A DNA stretch of 58,736 bases from an uncultured Aquificales bacterium (GCA_964453345.1 CAYVOC010000002.1:27424-86159), one strand, 5' to 3'; counted from the first letter of the stretch, positions 21,314 to 31,505 are shown. The notes: generated by a model from the letters alone, not told the origin. A program made the numbers and translations.

Positions 21314-21978
21314 TAACCCAAAACCTCCGCCGCAAGCCTCTTCAACAGGGCAACCCTCGCTGCAGGATCATCAGAGGCGAAGACGGAAGACCCCGCCACG
21401 ATAACGTTGGCGCCAGCCTTCACCACATCCCTGACATTTGTAGGTCCTATTCCACCATCCACCTCTATATCAACTTTAGCCCCCTTATCATCCACCATCT
21501 CCCTCAACCTGCGTATCTTATCCAGCACAAAGGGAATAAACTTCTGCCCACCAAAGCCCGGATTGACCGACATCAGAAGAACCATGTCCACATCCTGCAG
21601 TATGTAATCGAGGGTGCACAGGGGGGTCGTGGGATTCAAAACCACCCCCACCTTCGCCCCCATGGATTTGACAATCTGGATAACCCTGTTGGGATGAGGG
21701 GTCGCCTCAACATGGAAGGTGACTATATCTGCACCAGCCTCCACAAATCTCGGTGCATATCTCTCAGGATCAGAGACCATCAGATGAACATCCAGAGGAA
21801 GCCTTGTTCTCCCCTTGACAGCCTTAACCACGGGTATCCCAACGCTTATGTTGGGGACAAAGCTACCATCCATAACATCAATGTGAAGAAGATCGGCACC
21901 ACCCTCCTCCACCCTCCTTATCTGTTCACCAAGACGCCAAAAATCAGCGCTGAGAATGGAAGGAGCAATCTTCACCAT
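21313..21978 (-). CDS. rpe: Ribulose-phosphate 3-epimerase
   Basis: [36 protein letters not shown]. Confidence 0.98.
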   Translation of the reverse strand: MVKIAPSILSADFWRLGEQIRRVEEGGADLLHIDVMDGSFVPNISVGIPVVKAVKGRTRLPLDVHLMVSDPERYAPRFVEAGADIVTFHVEATPHPNRVIQIVKSMGAKVGVVLNPTTPLCTLDYILQDVDMVLLMSVNPGFGGQKFIPFVLDKIRRLREMVDDKGAKVDIEVDGGIGPTNVRDVVKAGANVIVAGSSVFASDDPAARVALLKRLAAEVLG

Positions 21979-21980
21979 CC

Positions 21981-23315
21981 CTACACCCTCCTGAACTTGG
22001 CCACAAAAAATCCATCGGTGTTGTATTTGTGGGGAAAAAGGTAGGCAAATCCCCTCTCACAAAAGGCATCCTTCAAGGGATCCGGCATAAGATCGGAAAA
22101 ATTCACAGGCTCAAGCCCCAAGGCGACGATTTTCTCAAACACCTCCAGGGTCTCCTCCCTCTCAAGGGAGCATACACTGTAAACGAGCTCCCCACCGGGT
22201 CTCAACTTCGGCAGAACAGAGTCAACTATGGAAAGTTGCTTCTCCGAAAAGGCCCTCACATCCTCCGGACTTCTTTTCCACTTTATCTCGGGCCTTCTCC
22301 TCACGGTTCCCAAATCGCTGCAGGGAGCATCCACAAGGATCCTGTCAAAGAAGCCATCCTCAAAATCGCCAGCCAGCTTGTTCACATCGCCCAGTCTTGC
22401 CTCAACCACAGCGGCCCCCAGCCTCATGCAGTTCTCGGTGAGCAGCCTGTATCTTTCAGGATCGATCTCACAGGCCACCACCAGCCCCTCATTACCCATG
22501 GAGAGCGCTATCTGCGCCGATTTTATCCCCGGGGCTGCGCAGGCATCAAGAACCCTCTCACCGGGCTTGGGATCAAGTATTTTAACAACAAGCCTTGACG
22601 CCAGATCCTGGGGAACAAGGATTCCCTCTTTATAAAGGGGGTGATCCACAATATCCACGGTGCTCAATATCTCCAGCATCTCCCCCTCCGCTCCCCTGAG
22701 GGGCCTGCACTCTATCCCCTCAGCCCTAAGCTCCTTCCTGACCTCTCTGAAATCAGCGTGATGAATATTGACCCAGACAGTATAGGGAGCAGGTTTAAGC
22801 TGACTCCTCAAAAGGGACACCGTCTCCTCCACGCCCCACCACTTCCTGTATCTCGCCACCATCCATTCCGGAAAGGAGTAGGCAACAGAGGCCAGCTCAT
22901 CAACGGAACCGTCCCCCTTGACCACCGGATAGGGTAGCCTGGCGGCCTTCCTCAAAACGGCATTGGTGAACTTGTGGTATTTGGCAGGAAGATAGGCCTT
23001 TGCAAGCTCCACCGTCTCATTAACCGCACTATAGGGAGGGATCCTGTCAAGCACAACGATCTGATAGTATCCCAATCTCAGGAGTATCTTCACCTCCTCA
23101 GGAAGCCTTTTGTATCTTTTGATCTGCCTTGAAAGCCCATAATCGATCCTTCTAAGCCACCTCAAAACCCCTAAAACCAGCTCCCACAAAAGCTTCCTGT
23201 CCTTAAGGGAGACTCCGCCTTCAACATGCGCCCACTTTTTCAGAGAAGCGGAGGAATACCCCCCCTCAAGCAGTATCTCCTTTAAGCAAAGGTAAGCCCT
23301 TTCTCTAACCTTCAT
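21981..23315 (-). CDS. rsmB: 16S rRNA m5C967 methyltransferase RsmB/Sun
   Basis: NusB-like N-terminus ([15 protein letters not shown]), DACAAPG-K, DAPCS, YSVCS; start taken at ATG 23315 (23321 also possible). Confidence 0.93.
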   Translation of the reverse strand: MKVRERAYLCLKEILLEGGYSSASLKKWAHVEGGVSLKDRKLLWELVLGVLRWLRRIDYGLSRQIKRYKRLPEEVKILLRLGYYQIVVLDRIPPYSAVNETVELAKAYLPAKYHKFTNAVLRKAARLPYPVVKGDGSVDELASVAYSFPEWMVARYRKWWGVEETVSLLRSQLKPAPYTVWVNIHHADFREVRKELRAEGIECRPLRGAEGEMLEILSTVDIVDHPLYKEGILVPQDLASRLVVKILDPKPGERVLDACAAPGIKSAQIALSMGNEGLVVACEIDPERYRLLTENCMRLGAAVVEARLGDVNKLAGDFEDGFFDRILVDAPCSDLGTVRRRPEIKWKRSPEDVRAFSEKQLSIVDSVLPKLRPGGELVYSVCSLEREETLEVFEKIVALGLEPVNFSDLMPDPLKDAFCERGFAYLFPHKYNTDGFFVAKFRRV

Positions 23316-24360
23316 AGCCATACACCCTTTGATAATCCCTGACCAACCTTTCGCAGGAAAAATTCTCAGCCATTGTCTTAGCATTCACGGACATCTTCTT
23401 CTTAAGCACCGGATACCTCCACAGAGAGAGAAGATAAAAGGCCATTTTCTCAACATCCCCCGGATCGACTCCAAAGCCGGTTTTTTCATGACGGCATATC
23501 TCTCCAACAGCCCCTACCTTGTGAAAAACAAGAGGCACACCGTAAAGGGTGGCCTCAATAGCGACCCTGCTTGATCCCTCAGACGAAACCGACGTCAAAG
23601 CCAGAACATCGGCACCGTAAAGGTAATCTATATCCTCCACAAATCCCTTCAAGTCCAAAACCCCTTCAAGGCCCAGATCCCTCCTTAAAGCCTTCAACTT
23701 AACATAGTAGGGATTCTCATCCACCGCCATCCTGCCAACCACATCTGCGCTAAAGGAGATAAGCCTGTTCAACTCGGCCAGGGCAAGAAGAAAAAACTCC
23801 AGCCCCTTGACCCTGCTGTATCGGGAAACATTGCGAACAACAAATTCTCTTTCCCTACGCGGCGATCCCACAGATCCACAAAAGGCATCGTATACAACCT
23901 TTGCCTTAGAAGAGCACCTGATCCCCATATCTCTTTTAACCGCATGGGAAACAGCCACAATCGCATCGGCAAAACTGCACTGCAGGGAGTCCTTTATGGC
24001 AACGGGAACATGCCTTGTTCTTACAAATTTAAGCCCCGGAAAAATCAGTTTTAGCAAAAGCGCCAGCTTGGTATCCGGAGAGGAATGGGAGTGAACCACG
24101 GTTATCCTCTCCTTCCTGACAAGCCCCACCAGCCTGATGAGGTCCGCCGCAATCTTAAAGGGCCTGAAGCCAGCAGAAAGATTGAGATCAGTAACAAGCC
24201 TGATCCCCCGCTCCTTCCCCAGGGCCCTGGCCACCTGACTGTGGGACCAGCACCCCACCCATACCTCATGACCCGCCCTCACAAGGGCACGGGCAAGCCC
24301 CACAACACTTGCCCCTGTTCCGCCTCTCCCACCTATGGCAACGAGCTGAAGTATCCGCAA
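23305..24360 (-). CDS. Glycosyltransferase family 4 protein
   Basis: GT-B motifs (GHEV, VHSH, VRTRH, IVAVS, KG, EG--RVAIEA--YGVP); real start probably TTG 24360 behind GGGAG; the longer ORF call runs antisense through the tRNA and SRP RNA. Confidence 0.88.
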   Translation of the reverse strand: MRILQLVAIGGRGGTGASVVGLARALVRAGHEVWVGCWSHSQVARALGKERGIRLVTDLNLSAGFRPFKIAADLIRLVGLVRKERITVVHSHSSPDTKLALLLKLIFPGLKFVRTRHVPVAIKDSLQCSFADAIVAVSHAVKRDMGIRCSSKAKVVYDAFCGSVGSPRREREFVVRNVSRYSRVKGLEFFLLALAELNRLISFSADVVGRMAVDENPYYVKLKALRRDLGLEGVLDLKGFVEDIDYLYGADVLALTSVSSEGSSRVAIEATLYGVPLVFHKVGAVGEICRHEKTGFGVDPGDVEKMAFYLLSLWRYPVLKKKMSVNAKTMAENFSCERLVRDYQRVYGYEG

Positions 24361-24414
24361 GACAACTCCCGAAGGCCCGGATTTTCTGAGGTGGATTATC
24401 ACAAACGGCAAGGG

Positions 24415-24443
24415 TTGACAAAGGATAAAGTGGTTTTTATCTT
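24415..24443 (+). promoter_or_regulatory. Sigma-70 promoter for tRNA-Ser/ffs
   Basis: TTGACA-N17-TATCTT, 12 nt before the tRNA 5' end. Confidence 0.75.
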
Positions 24444-24455
24444 TCTTGTGAGCGC

Positions 24456-24548
24456 GGAGAGGTGCCCGAGTGGACGAAGGGGCTCGCCTGGAAAGCGAGT
24501 GACCGGCGAAGAGCCGGTCCGCGGGTTCGAATCCCGCCCTCTCCGCCA
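24456..24548 (+). tRNA. tRNA-Ser (anticodon GGA)
   Basis: Acceptor GGAGAGG/CCTCTCC plus GCCA; anticodon arm CTCGC-CTGGAAA-GCGAG; long variable arm; GGTTCGAATCC T-loop. Confidence 0.97.
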
Positions 24549-24568
24549 TATTTTTCTTTAGAAGGCAT

Positions 24569-24677
24569 GGTTGCTGTGGGGTCCTGTGCAACGGAGCCCC
24601 GTGAACCCCGCCAGGCCCGGAAGGGAGCAACGGTAAGCGGTGTGCTCCGTGTGCCGCAGGGTCGCCTCACAGCAACC
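24569..24677 (+). ncRNA. ffs: Signal recognition particle RNA (4.5S, small type)
   Basis: Terminal helix GGTTGCTGTG/CACAGCAACC; domain IV CCAGGCCCGGAAGGGAGCAAC with GGAA tetraloop. Confidence 0.95.
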
Positions 24678-24685
24678 TTAAAAGT

Positions 24686-25234
24686 ATGAAGGAGAAGCTC
24701 GCAGAAATAGGAAGGGTTCTGTGGGAGGAGGGACTTGTCACCTCCCACGGTGGAAACCTTTCTGTCAGAACATCCCCAAGACAAATTCTGATAACAAAAA
24801 CAGGAACAAAACTGGGCTTTCTCAAGCCCGACGATTTCTTAAAAGTTCCCATACCGTCCAGCAAGGAAGAGTTTCCGGAGGCCTCTTCAGAACTGATAGT
24901 CCACTCTGAAATATACATGCAGACAGATCACAAAGCCGTGGTTCACGCCCATCCACCCCACACTGTGGCCCTATCCTTTTTGCAGGAAAAGATCATTCCT
25001 CCCGACACAGAAGGCAGACTCACCTACAAGGAGTGTCCGGTGATAGAGGTCAAAAGACCCCACGCCTCCGAAGAACTCGCCGAAGCGGTTGCAAGGGCTT
25101 TGAGAACGAACAGAATAGTCTGCGTAAAAGGCCACGGCACCTTCGCCGCAGGCCAAAACGTGGAAGAGGCCCTGTTCTTCACATCCGCGGTGGAGTTTTC
25201 AGCAAGACTCATATTTTTGCTGAAGCAGCTTTAA
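24686..25234 (+). CDS. Class II aldolase/adducin family protein
   Basis: GGNLSVR, ASSELIVH, VVHAHPP, KGHG-F--G. Confidence 0.92.
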   Translation: MKEKLAEIGRVLWEEGLVTSHGGNLSVRTSPRQILITKTGTKLGFLKPDDFLKVPIPSSKEEFPEASSELIVHSEIYMQTDHKAVVHAHPPHTVALSFLQEKIIPPDTEGRLTYKECPVIEVKRPHASEELAEAVARALRTNRIVCVKGHGTFAAGQNVEEALFFTSAVEFSARLIFLLKQL

Positions 25235-26380
25235 ATATCCCCAAACTCCATCTATCAAAAGCCTCTCAGAAGCATCAAAATCCTCAAAAAGCTTTCTTTG
25301 CTTAGCAGTCATATCCTGTCCATATTTGGCCTCCACAAGAACCCTATCCTCGGTGAAAAAGTCTATCTCCACCCCATCCTTGTAAACATAGCAAGGTTTT
25401 TTTTCCTTTATCTCCAAAAACACCAGATTCTCAAAAACCGCCCCCTTATCCCTAAAACCCGTTATGAGATTTCTGATACCAACATCGCCCGAGTATACTT
25501 TTTTGGGACTCTTCAACCTCTCATTCAACTTTCCGCATCTCTCAATGGTGTAAACGAGAAAGGCCTCTTCGAAGAATCCAACAAATCTTCTGGCCGTATC
25601 GACACTTATACCCAGAACCTTAGCAATGCGATTGTAACTCAACTGTTTGCCGGATCTCTCCATAAGCAGTCTGAAGACATCTCTCAGTAGCAACTTATCC
25701 CTCACATTATGCACACCAACGATATCCTTATAAAGGATATCATCCACAAGCTGCTTTATATACTCGGGATCTCCAGTTAAGACATACTCAGGGATTCCAC
25801 CCGTTTCCATATATTCTTCAAAATACCCTTCAAGCAGATGGTAATCATAGCTCTTCACCCTGATTCCCTTAAAAGAGAGATACTCCAGAAAATCGAGGGG
25901 CATCACCTCTATAACTCTCTCCCTTCCCGTCAAAAACGACTTTCCGAGCCTGAGAATAGAGGAAGAGGACGAAGAGGCAAAAACCTTCACATTATACAAA
26001 TCGTAAAGATTCTTAAGCTGCACGGCAAAATTCTCTTTGTAAGCAACCTCATCTAAAAACAGATAGGATTTTTCGGAAAAGGAAATCTTCTGTATCTTCA
26101 TAAACTCTTCCACAATATCAATTATGGACATCCCCTCAATCCCGTAAAAATCCAGCGATACATAGAACACTCTTCCTGGAGCAATACCAGAATCCAACAG
26201 CTCCTTAATCAGCATTTTCATGATGGTGGTTTTACCAGAACGGCGGAGCCCAGTTATATAAACCACATCCTTAGTATTCAACAACCGCTTGAGTCTTTTG
26301 AGATACCTCTCCCTCACTATGAAGCTGAAAGGGAAATCACCATCCCACCACGGGTTGAACCTATACAGGAAGCTTAACAT
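25199..26380 (-). CDS. AAA+ ATPase (AAA_14) with DUF4143-type wHTH/nuclease-like C-terminus
   Basis: Walker A GLRRSGKT, Walker B YLFLDEV, GGIPE, HTH-like SYNRIAKVLGISVDTARR, SPKKVY--D-G, FENLV, EIDF...VEAK. Confidence 0.88.
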   Translation of the reverse strand: MLSFLYRFNPWWDGDFPFSFIVRERYLKRLKRLLNTKDVVYITGLRRSGKTTIMKMLIKELLDSGIAPGRVFYVSLDFYGIEGMSIIDIVEEFMKIQKISFSEKSYLFLDEVAYKENFAVQLKNLYDLYNVKVFASSSSSSILRLGKSFLTGRERVIEVMPLDFLEYLSFKGIRVKSYDYHLLEGYFEEYMETGGIPEYVLTGDPEYIKQLVDDILYKDIVGVHNVRDKLLLRDVFRLLMERSGKQLSYNRIAKVLGISVDTARRFVGFFEEAFLVYTIERCGKLNERLKSPKKVYSGDVGIRNLITGFRDKGAVFENLVFLEIKEKKPCYVYKDGVEIDFFTEDRVLVEAKYGQDMTAKQRKLFEDFDASERLLIDGVWGYLKLLQQKYESC

Positions 26381-26381
26381 G

Positions 26382-26433
26382 TATACGACTCCATCGTATA
26401 GTTTTTGGAAAAACTATACGACACCATCGAACA
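26382..26433. promoter_or_regulatory. Nested inverted and direct repeats (candidate operator) upstream of the AAA+ gene
   Basis: TATACGA-N5-TCGTATA (26382-26400); degenerate copy TATACGA-N5-TCGAACA (26415-26433); perfect 13-bp arms TCGTATAGTTTTT-GG-AAAAACTATACGA (26394-26421). Confidence 0.7.
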
Positions 26434-26435
26434 AA

Positions 26436-27119
26436 TCAAGCCTTGGGCTGAGAGGCCTTTCTGAAGCGGTTTACCTCAATGTGGGCCCGTCTTGTGGGTT
26501 CCGGTAATCTATAGCCCCTGCAACAGTTCGTCACAAACCTTACGGCAAACTCAAGGGATACCCTGTGCCCTACAGAAACGAACACAGGTTTAACCTTCCT
26601 TTTGGTTCTGAGTATCGCCCCGACTGTTTCGCCCTTATAGATCAGGGGTTCCCAGCTACCTGGATCCTCGGGCGGCTCTCTGTATTCCCCAACAAGTATG
26701 CTTTTTGCCACACCTATTGCCGGCTTGTCGTATATGACGCCTATGTGGGATGCGATGCCAAATCCCCTGGGATGGGCAATACCCTGTCCGTCAACCATCA
26801 AAAGATCCGGCTCCCTCTTCAACCCCTCAAGAGCCTTCATTATCACAGGCGTCTCCCTAAAGGACAGAAGCCCTGGAATATAGGGCATCGAAATTCTGAA
26901 GGATGCCGTGCTCACCTCCACCACCCTTAGGGCGGGATAATCCATCACAACAACGGCGGCGAACCCAACGTCCGACCCCTTGGAAACGGAAACATCTATG
27001 CCCGCCACAAGTCTGACTGCAGGCTCCCCAAAAGGGACAACCCTTGAGGAAAGCTCCCTCTGAAGCGCCATGGCATCGGATGGAGCCAGATCCCAGGGAT
27101 GCTGGACGAGGGGTCTCAA
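26436..27119 (-). CDS. nfi: Endonuclease V (deoxyinosine 3' endonuclease)
   Basis: [48 protein letters not shown]. Confidence 0.97.
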   Translation of the reverse strand: MRPLVQHPWDLAPSDAMALQRELSSRVVPFGEPAVRLVAGIDVSVSKGSDVGFAAVVVMDYPALRVVEVSTASFRISMPYIPGLLSFRETPVIMKALEGLKREPDLLMVDGQGIAHPRGFGIASHIGVIYDKPAIGVAKSILVGEYREPPEDPGSWEPLIYKGETVGAILRTKRKVKPVFVSVGHRVSLEFAVRFVTNCCRGYRLPEPTRRAHIEVNRFRKASQPKA

Positions 27120-28540
27120 ACCCTTACCTCCTCCACCTCCCCGATAAGATGCCCGTATTTTTTCAAAATAGGCTCAACCTCCACCTCCACAAACTCCACA
27201 ACCTGAGAAGGTGCCCTTCCAATGAATCTGGACGGATTCATAAGCTTCGAAATATCCTCTTCGGTGAGTCCGAAGTCAGGATCCTCCGCTATCCTCTCAA
27301 GAAGCCTGGGTTTCTCTCCCTCCTTTTCCCTTTGGGCCTCCTCAAAGGCATAGCGCCTTATCTTCTCGTGGAGAAGCTGCCTGTCCCCTCCCCTTTTTAC
27401 GGCCTCCATGAGTATCTCCTCAACCGCAACAAAGGGGAGCTTCTCCTTAAGCCTTCTCTCTATAACCCTGGGATGGACCACCAGCCCCTTCACCACATTG
27501 ATTGCGAGTATCAGAATGGCATCGGTGGCCATAAAGGCCTCAGGTATAGTGACCCTCCTGATTGCAGAATCATCCAGGGTTCTTTCCATCCACTGTAGAG
27601 ACGGAGTATACTCAAAGGTTTCTAAATAGGCTATCACAAGCCTGGCTATAGAGCAGATCCTCTCGCACTTCATGGGATTGCGCTTATAGGGCATGGCGGA
27701 CGATCCCACCTGCCTTTTACCGAAGGGCTCCTCGAGCTCCCCGAAGGACATAAGTATCCTTATATCCGTGGCCATCTTATGGCAGGACTGGGCGATTCCT
27801 GAAAGCACCTGGGCGACCATGTAATCCTGCTTTCTGGTGTAGGTCTGCCCGGTTATCAAAAACCTTCTCTCAAAGCCGAACTTGGCGGCAACAAGCTCAT
27901 CAAGCCTTCTGACCTTCTCCTCATCCCCGTTAAACAGCTTCATAAAGCTGTCCTGGGTGCCCGTGGTCCCCTTGACCCCCCTGAACTTCAGATTCTCCAT
28001 GGCAAACTCTAAGGCCTTCAGATCCTCCACAAACTCCTGAAGCCAGAGGGCGGCCCTCTTTCCTACAGTGGTGGGCTGGGCGAACTGAAGATGGGTATAG
28101 CCCAAGCAGGGAAGATCCCTGTATTTCAGGGCAAAGTCCTTCAGAGCAGCGATGAGATTGACCAGCCTCTTCAACACTATTCTCAAAGCATCCCTTATAA
28201 TAATTACATCGGCATTATCCGTGACATAGCAGCTTGTGGCTCCCAGATGTATTATGGGTCTGGCCTTCGGGCACTGCTCTCCAAAGGCGTGTATGTGGGC
28301 CATAACATCGTGCTTCAGCTCCCTCTCAAGCTCCTTTGCCCTATCAAGGTTGAGGTTATCCACGTTTGCGCGCATCTCCTCTATCTGCTCTTCAGTAATG
28401 GGCAACCCCAGCTCCCTTTCGGCCTCCGCAAGAGCCACCCACAGTTGCCTCCAGATCTTGAACCTCCTTTCGGTCGCAAAAACGGAAAGCATCTCAGAGG
28501 AAGCGTATCTTTCCACAAGGGGATGCTCAAACATCTCCAC
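27116..28540 (-). CDS. purB: Adenylosuccinate lyase
   Basis: [32 protein letters not shown]. Confidence 0.97.
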   Translation of the reverse strand: MEMFEHPLVERYASSEMLSVFATERRFKIWRQLWVALAEAERELGLPITEEQIEEMRANVDNLNLDRAKELERELKHDVMAHIHAFGEQCPKARPIIHLGATSCYVTDNADVIIIRDALRIVLKRLVNLIAALKDFALKYRDLPCLGYTHLQFAQPTTVGKRAALWLQEFVEDLKALEFAMENLKFRGVKGTTGTQDSFMKLFNGDEEKVRRLDELVAAKFGFERRFLITGQTYTRKQDYMVAQVLSGIAQSCHKMATDIRILMSFGELEEPFGKRQVGSSAMPYKRNPMKCERICSIARLVIAYLETFEYTPSLQWMERTLDDSAIRRVTIPEAFMATDAILILAINVVKGLVVHPRVIERRLKEKLPFVAVEEILMEAVKRGGDRQLLHEKIRRYAFEEAQREKEGEKPRLLERIAEDPDFGLTEEDISKLMNPSRFIGRAPSQVVEFVEVEVEPILKKYGHLIGEVEEVRV

Positions 28541-29102
28541 CTCCCACCGGCAACCTGCTCAGGATAAGCTCCACAACCCTCTCAAAGGGTTCCACCACCC
28601 CCACCCCTTTGTGGGCAACAGACTCAAAGCTGTCAACACCCCCCAAATTCAATTTCTCCTCCAGCACCTCCACAGGGAGGGCATCCTCAAGATCCCTCTT
28701 GTTGTATTGAAAAACCAAAGGCATGTAGTTCAGATCCAGCCCCACCTCCCTGCAAAAGACCTCGAGTTCCTTCAAGGTCAAAAGGTTATCCTCAAGTCTT
28801 TTGGCAGAGGAATCAGCAACAAAGACTATGCCATCCGCCCCTCTAAGAACGAGCTTCTTTGTGGAGGCATACACCACCTGGCCGGCCACAGTGTAGGCGG
28901 AAATCAAAACCCTCTTTCCATTCATCCTTTTCTCAACGGGCAGATAGTCGAAAAAGACGGTCCTTCCAGAGGTCTCCCTCAGCTTCACAGGTAGAGACCC
29001 GCCCAGGGACTCCGCAATCTTCTCTAAGGTTGTGGTCTTCCCCGAACCACCCGGACCGTAATACACAACCTTTATCCGCACAGCATCAGGGGTTACTATC
29101 AT
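28527..29102 (-). CDS. MglA-family small Ras-like GTPase
   Basis: [14 protein letters not shown] (G1), RTVFFD (G2 with intrinsic Arg), TVAGQ (G3), [15 protein letters not shown] (G4). Confidence 0.93.
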   Translation of the reverse strand: MIVTPDAVRIKVVYYGPGGSGKTTTLEKIAESLGGSLPVKLRETSGRTVFFDYLPVEKRMNGKRVLISAYTVAGQVVYASTKKLVLRGADGIVFVADSSAKRLEDNLLTLKELEVFCREVGLDLNYMPLVFQYNKRDLEDALPVEVLEEKLNLGGVDSFESVAHKGVGVVEPFERVVELILSRLPVGGGDV

Positions 29103-29881
29103 CTTCTCTTCCTTAACCTGTCTATAGCAGCCTTAAGAGACACCCTCATCCTCTCAAGGGCTTCAGCCAGCAGATCTATATCGTCCCCATCCTCCACAAA
29201 CTCTATCTCAACATCAAGATCGCCAAGGGAGATGGCCTCGGCCTTATCCCTCAAATACTCAAGCCTATCGGCGATATCCTTCCCCACAACCGTTATCAGC
29301 ACCACCGCAATCAATATAACAAGCAGGGAAACGCCCGTGGTCATAAAGACAAGCTTTTTCTGAGTTTTTATAACAGTCTCAAAGGCGGTGGGCATAACCA
29401 CAAATATGTGAGCAAGCCTGCCCCCGTAAACCTTCCTATGAAGTATAAAGACCTTGGAATAGGAGAGCCCTTTAAAGCTGACGCTATCAGGCAGGCTATA
29501 CAGTATAAGATGCTCGTTGCCGGGTTGATCCATAAGCCTTTTAAACTCAGGCTCAAGCACCTTCAGCGCCCTCTCGTTTTTGGGCGCATAGGCCGCAAGG
29601 GTCTTATCCCCCCTGTAAACAACATCCATCAGTATGGAAAAGGGCCTTGAAAAGGATGAAACAATTTTATCAATTGCGGCAATGTCGTTGGCCAAAAGCG
29701 GTTCCTTAAGAGAGGTCTCCAAGCTCTCCACCATATTCCTTCCGCTGTCCTGGATCTGCCGGGTAAGGACCTTGGTGTGAAAGAGCACCGCCAGAAGCCC
29801 TATCACAAAGGAAACAACAAAGACTGAGCCAACGCTTATCAAGATCAGCTTCTTCCTTATCCTCATCCTTCTCAAAAGCAT
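29099..29881 (-). CDS. Two-TM membrane receptor ending in a HAMP domain, with no output domain
   Basis: TM1, ~140-aa extracytoplasmic domain, TM2, HAMP ([10 protein letters not shown]...[17 protein letters not shown]), then stop. Confidence 0.85.
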   Translation of the reverse strand: MLLRRMRIRKKLILISVGSVFVVSFVIGLLAVLFHTKVLTRQIQDSGRNMVESLETSLKEPLLANDIAAIDKIVSSFSRPFSILMDVVYRGDKTLAAYAPKNERALKVLEPEFKRLMDQPGNEHLILYSLPDSVSFKGLSYSKVFILHRKVYGGRLAHIFVVMPTAFETVIKTQKKLVFMTTGVSLLVILIAVVLITVVGKDIADRLEYLRDKAEAISLGDLDVEIEFVEDGDDIDLLAEALERMRVSLKAAIDRLRKRR

Positions 29882-29898
29882 TTCATCCCTCCAGCATC

Positions 29899-30438
29899 TT
29901 ACTCAGAAAGTCCTTCTTCTATCTCCTTTTTCAACAGGCTGATTATATCATCAAGCGACTCCCTTTCAGGGGGTCTATCCGCCTTCTCCACAACCTCCTC
30001 AGGAACCTTCCCGGACAGAAAATCTCCCACGGCCCGTGAAACATCCATACTCTCCACAATAGGAAGGATCTTTTTTCTAAACTGGGAAACGTGCAATTTT
30101 AACACCCCAAAGCGGACCTCGTCCGTGGGGTAAAGCACAAAGGCAAAGGTGTCCCCCGAAACCTTAAAGGCGTAAACCGAGACCCCTGAACCCTCCATAA
30201 GCACAGTATTCGCCCCAGAAAGACCGGAAAGGGAAAAGAGTTCCTGAACCGCAGAAAAGATACCGGCCATAAGAGCCGCCATTGCATCAACCGGAAGCTT
30301 TCTGCTGGAGGAGAACCCCACTATCTGTCCCGAAATATGGGCGAGAACCACCAAGGAGGCACCGGACTTGTTCCTGAAATCCATAAGAAGCCTCTTCAAC
30401 TGTCCCATCTGCTCCTCTGAAAGGCCCACAACCTCCAT
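29899..30438 (-). CDS. MglB-like roadblock/LC7 protein
   Basis: [31 protein letters not shown]-terminal acidic helix LDDIISLL; in an operon with the MglA GTPase. Confidence 0.85.
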   Translation of the reverse strand: MEVVGLSEEQMGQLKRLLMDFRNKSGASLVVLAHISGQIVGFSSSRKLPVDAMAALMAGIFSAVQELFSLSGLSGANTVLMEGSGVSVYAFKVSGDTFAFVLYPTDEVRFGVLKLHVSQFRKKILPIVESMDVSRAVGDFLSGKVPEEVVEKADRPPERESLDDIISLLKKEIEEGLSE

Positions 30439-30439
30439 C

Positions 30440-31396
30440 TCACTCCCCCACAAGGGCGTCAAACAGCTCGCTCACAGCCTCGCTATCCTTAACCAGCCTG
30501 GCCGCAGAAGCCGAGGCCAGCTTCCTGACTTCATCCGGAATCTGAGAAGCTATCTCCGTTAGCAGAGCGGCCATACCCTCTATAAGCCTATCCGTATCAA
30601 TCCCCTCCTCTATAATGATCCTGCCATCCCTGAAATAAACATCGGGATCAAAGGGATCGAGGAAGGGATAATCCTCAGCAAGCTTCAAAGCGGCCCTTTT
30701 GAATCCCCTCTCACCAATGTGGGGCCATATCTCCGGGAGAATGGCGTTAAAGAACTCCTTCACCGCCCCAACCACATCAGCGGTGGTCTTTGCCGACTCC
30801 ATATCCTCAGCCTCAAATTTTCTGTCAAAAACCGCCTCTATCAAGGAAAAAGAGGCGGTTTCAGAGCTGTTCAATTGATGCATCATCTCCATGGCATCAT
30901 CGCCGGCAAGGGTCGCTTCAGGATCTTCATAGAGAAAATCAAAGGGCTCACCCGAAAAGAAAAAGGCCATAAAAGTAGCCCCCTTCTTCTCATCCTCAAC
31001 CAGAAGCACACCTGTAAACTCTTTTTTTGAGAGGTGCTCCATAAGCCTTTCGGTGTCCACTATCCCAAAGGGAACATTACTGAACAGAGGCTCTGCCGAA
31101 TACACAGCGGAAATCACACTCAGAAGCTCCGGATCCAGTGAATATACACTTATCAGGCCTGACCCATCCGAAATTCCTCTCTTTATAAGTTCAGACAACG
31201 CATCCCTGCCACCGCTCCCCCTATGAACCCCAACCACCCTTCCCTTCTCAAGGAAGATAACCCCCTCATCATCCTCAAAATCGAGCTTCACATAACCGCT
31301 GAATCCCTCCTCGGACAGTTCCTCAAGAAGGCTATCCAGCTTAACCACCTTGGTTTTAAGGTTGGTATAGACCGGCTTACCCCTTGGAAGCACCAT
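30440..31396 (-). CDS. Hypothetical protein with two tandem DUF2226/DUF4388-like domains
   Basis: Internal repeat LLEELSEEGFSGYVKL...IFLEKG / LMEHLSKKEFTGVLLV...FFFSG; ATG 31396 behind GGGGAGG. Confidence 0.7.
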   Translation of the reverse strand: MVLPRGKPVYTNLKTKVVKLDSLLEELSEEGFSGYVKLDFEDDEGVIFLEKGRVVGVHRGSGGRDALSELIKRGISDGSGLISVYSLDPELLSVISAVYSAEPLFSNVPFGIVDTERLMEHLSKKEFTGVLLVEDEKKGATFMAFFFSGEPFDFLYEDPEATLAGDDAMEMMHQLNSSETASFSLIEAVFDRKFEAEDMESAKTTADVVGAVKEFFNAILPEIWPHIGERGFKRAALKLAEDYPFLDPFDPDVYFRDGRIIIEEGIDTDRLIEGMAALLTEIASQIPDEVRKLASASAARLVKDSEAVSELFDALVGE

Positions 31397-31505
31397 CGCA
31401 GCCCTCCCCAAAGGCTTCCTTCAAAAATTAGCAAAAAGGGAAAGCCACAAAAAGTCAACAGAAAAACGCCTTGCCGAAATCCTAAAAGTAGAATACAAAG
31501 CAGGT

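Noticed and set aside
24361-24630. 90-codon N-terminal extension of the GT4 ORF
   Set aside because: It is the antisense of tRNA-Ser and the SRP RNA; a TTG start with SD exists at 24360
24456-26433. Integrative island at tRNA-Ser/ffs carrying the AAA+ gene
   Set aside because: No integrase and no duplicated tRNA or ffs 3' end seen
26382-26433. Mini-CRISPR or IS-end interpretation of the repeats
   Set aside because: Only two 15-bp copies with an 18-nt spacer; no cas or transposase genes; an operator or hairpin fits better
31454-31480. Possible sigma28 promoter (GCCGAAAT) for the 89-aa ORF
   Set aside because: No acceptable -35 TAAAG-type element at the right spacing
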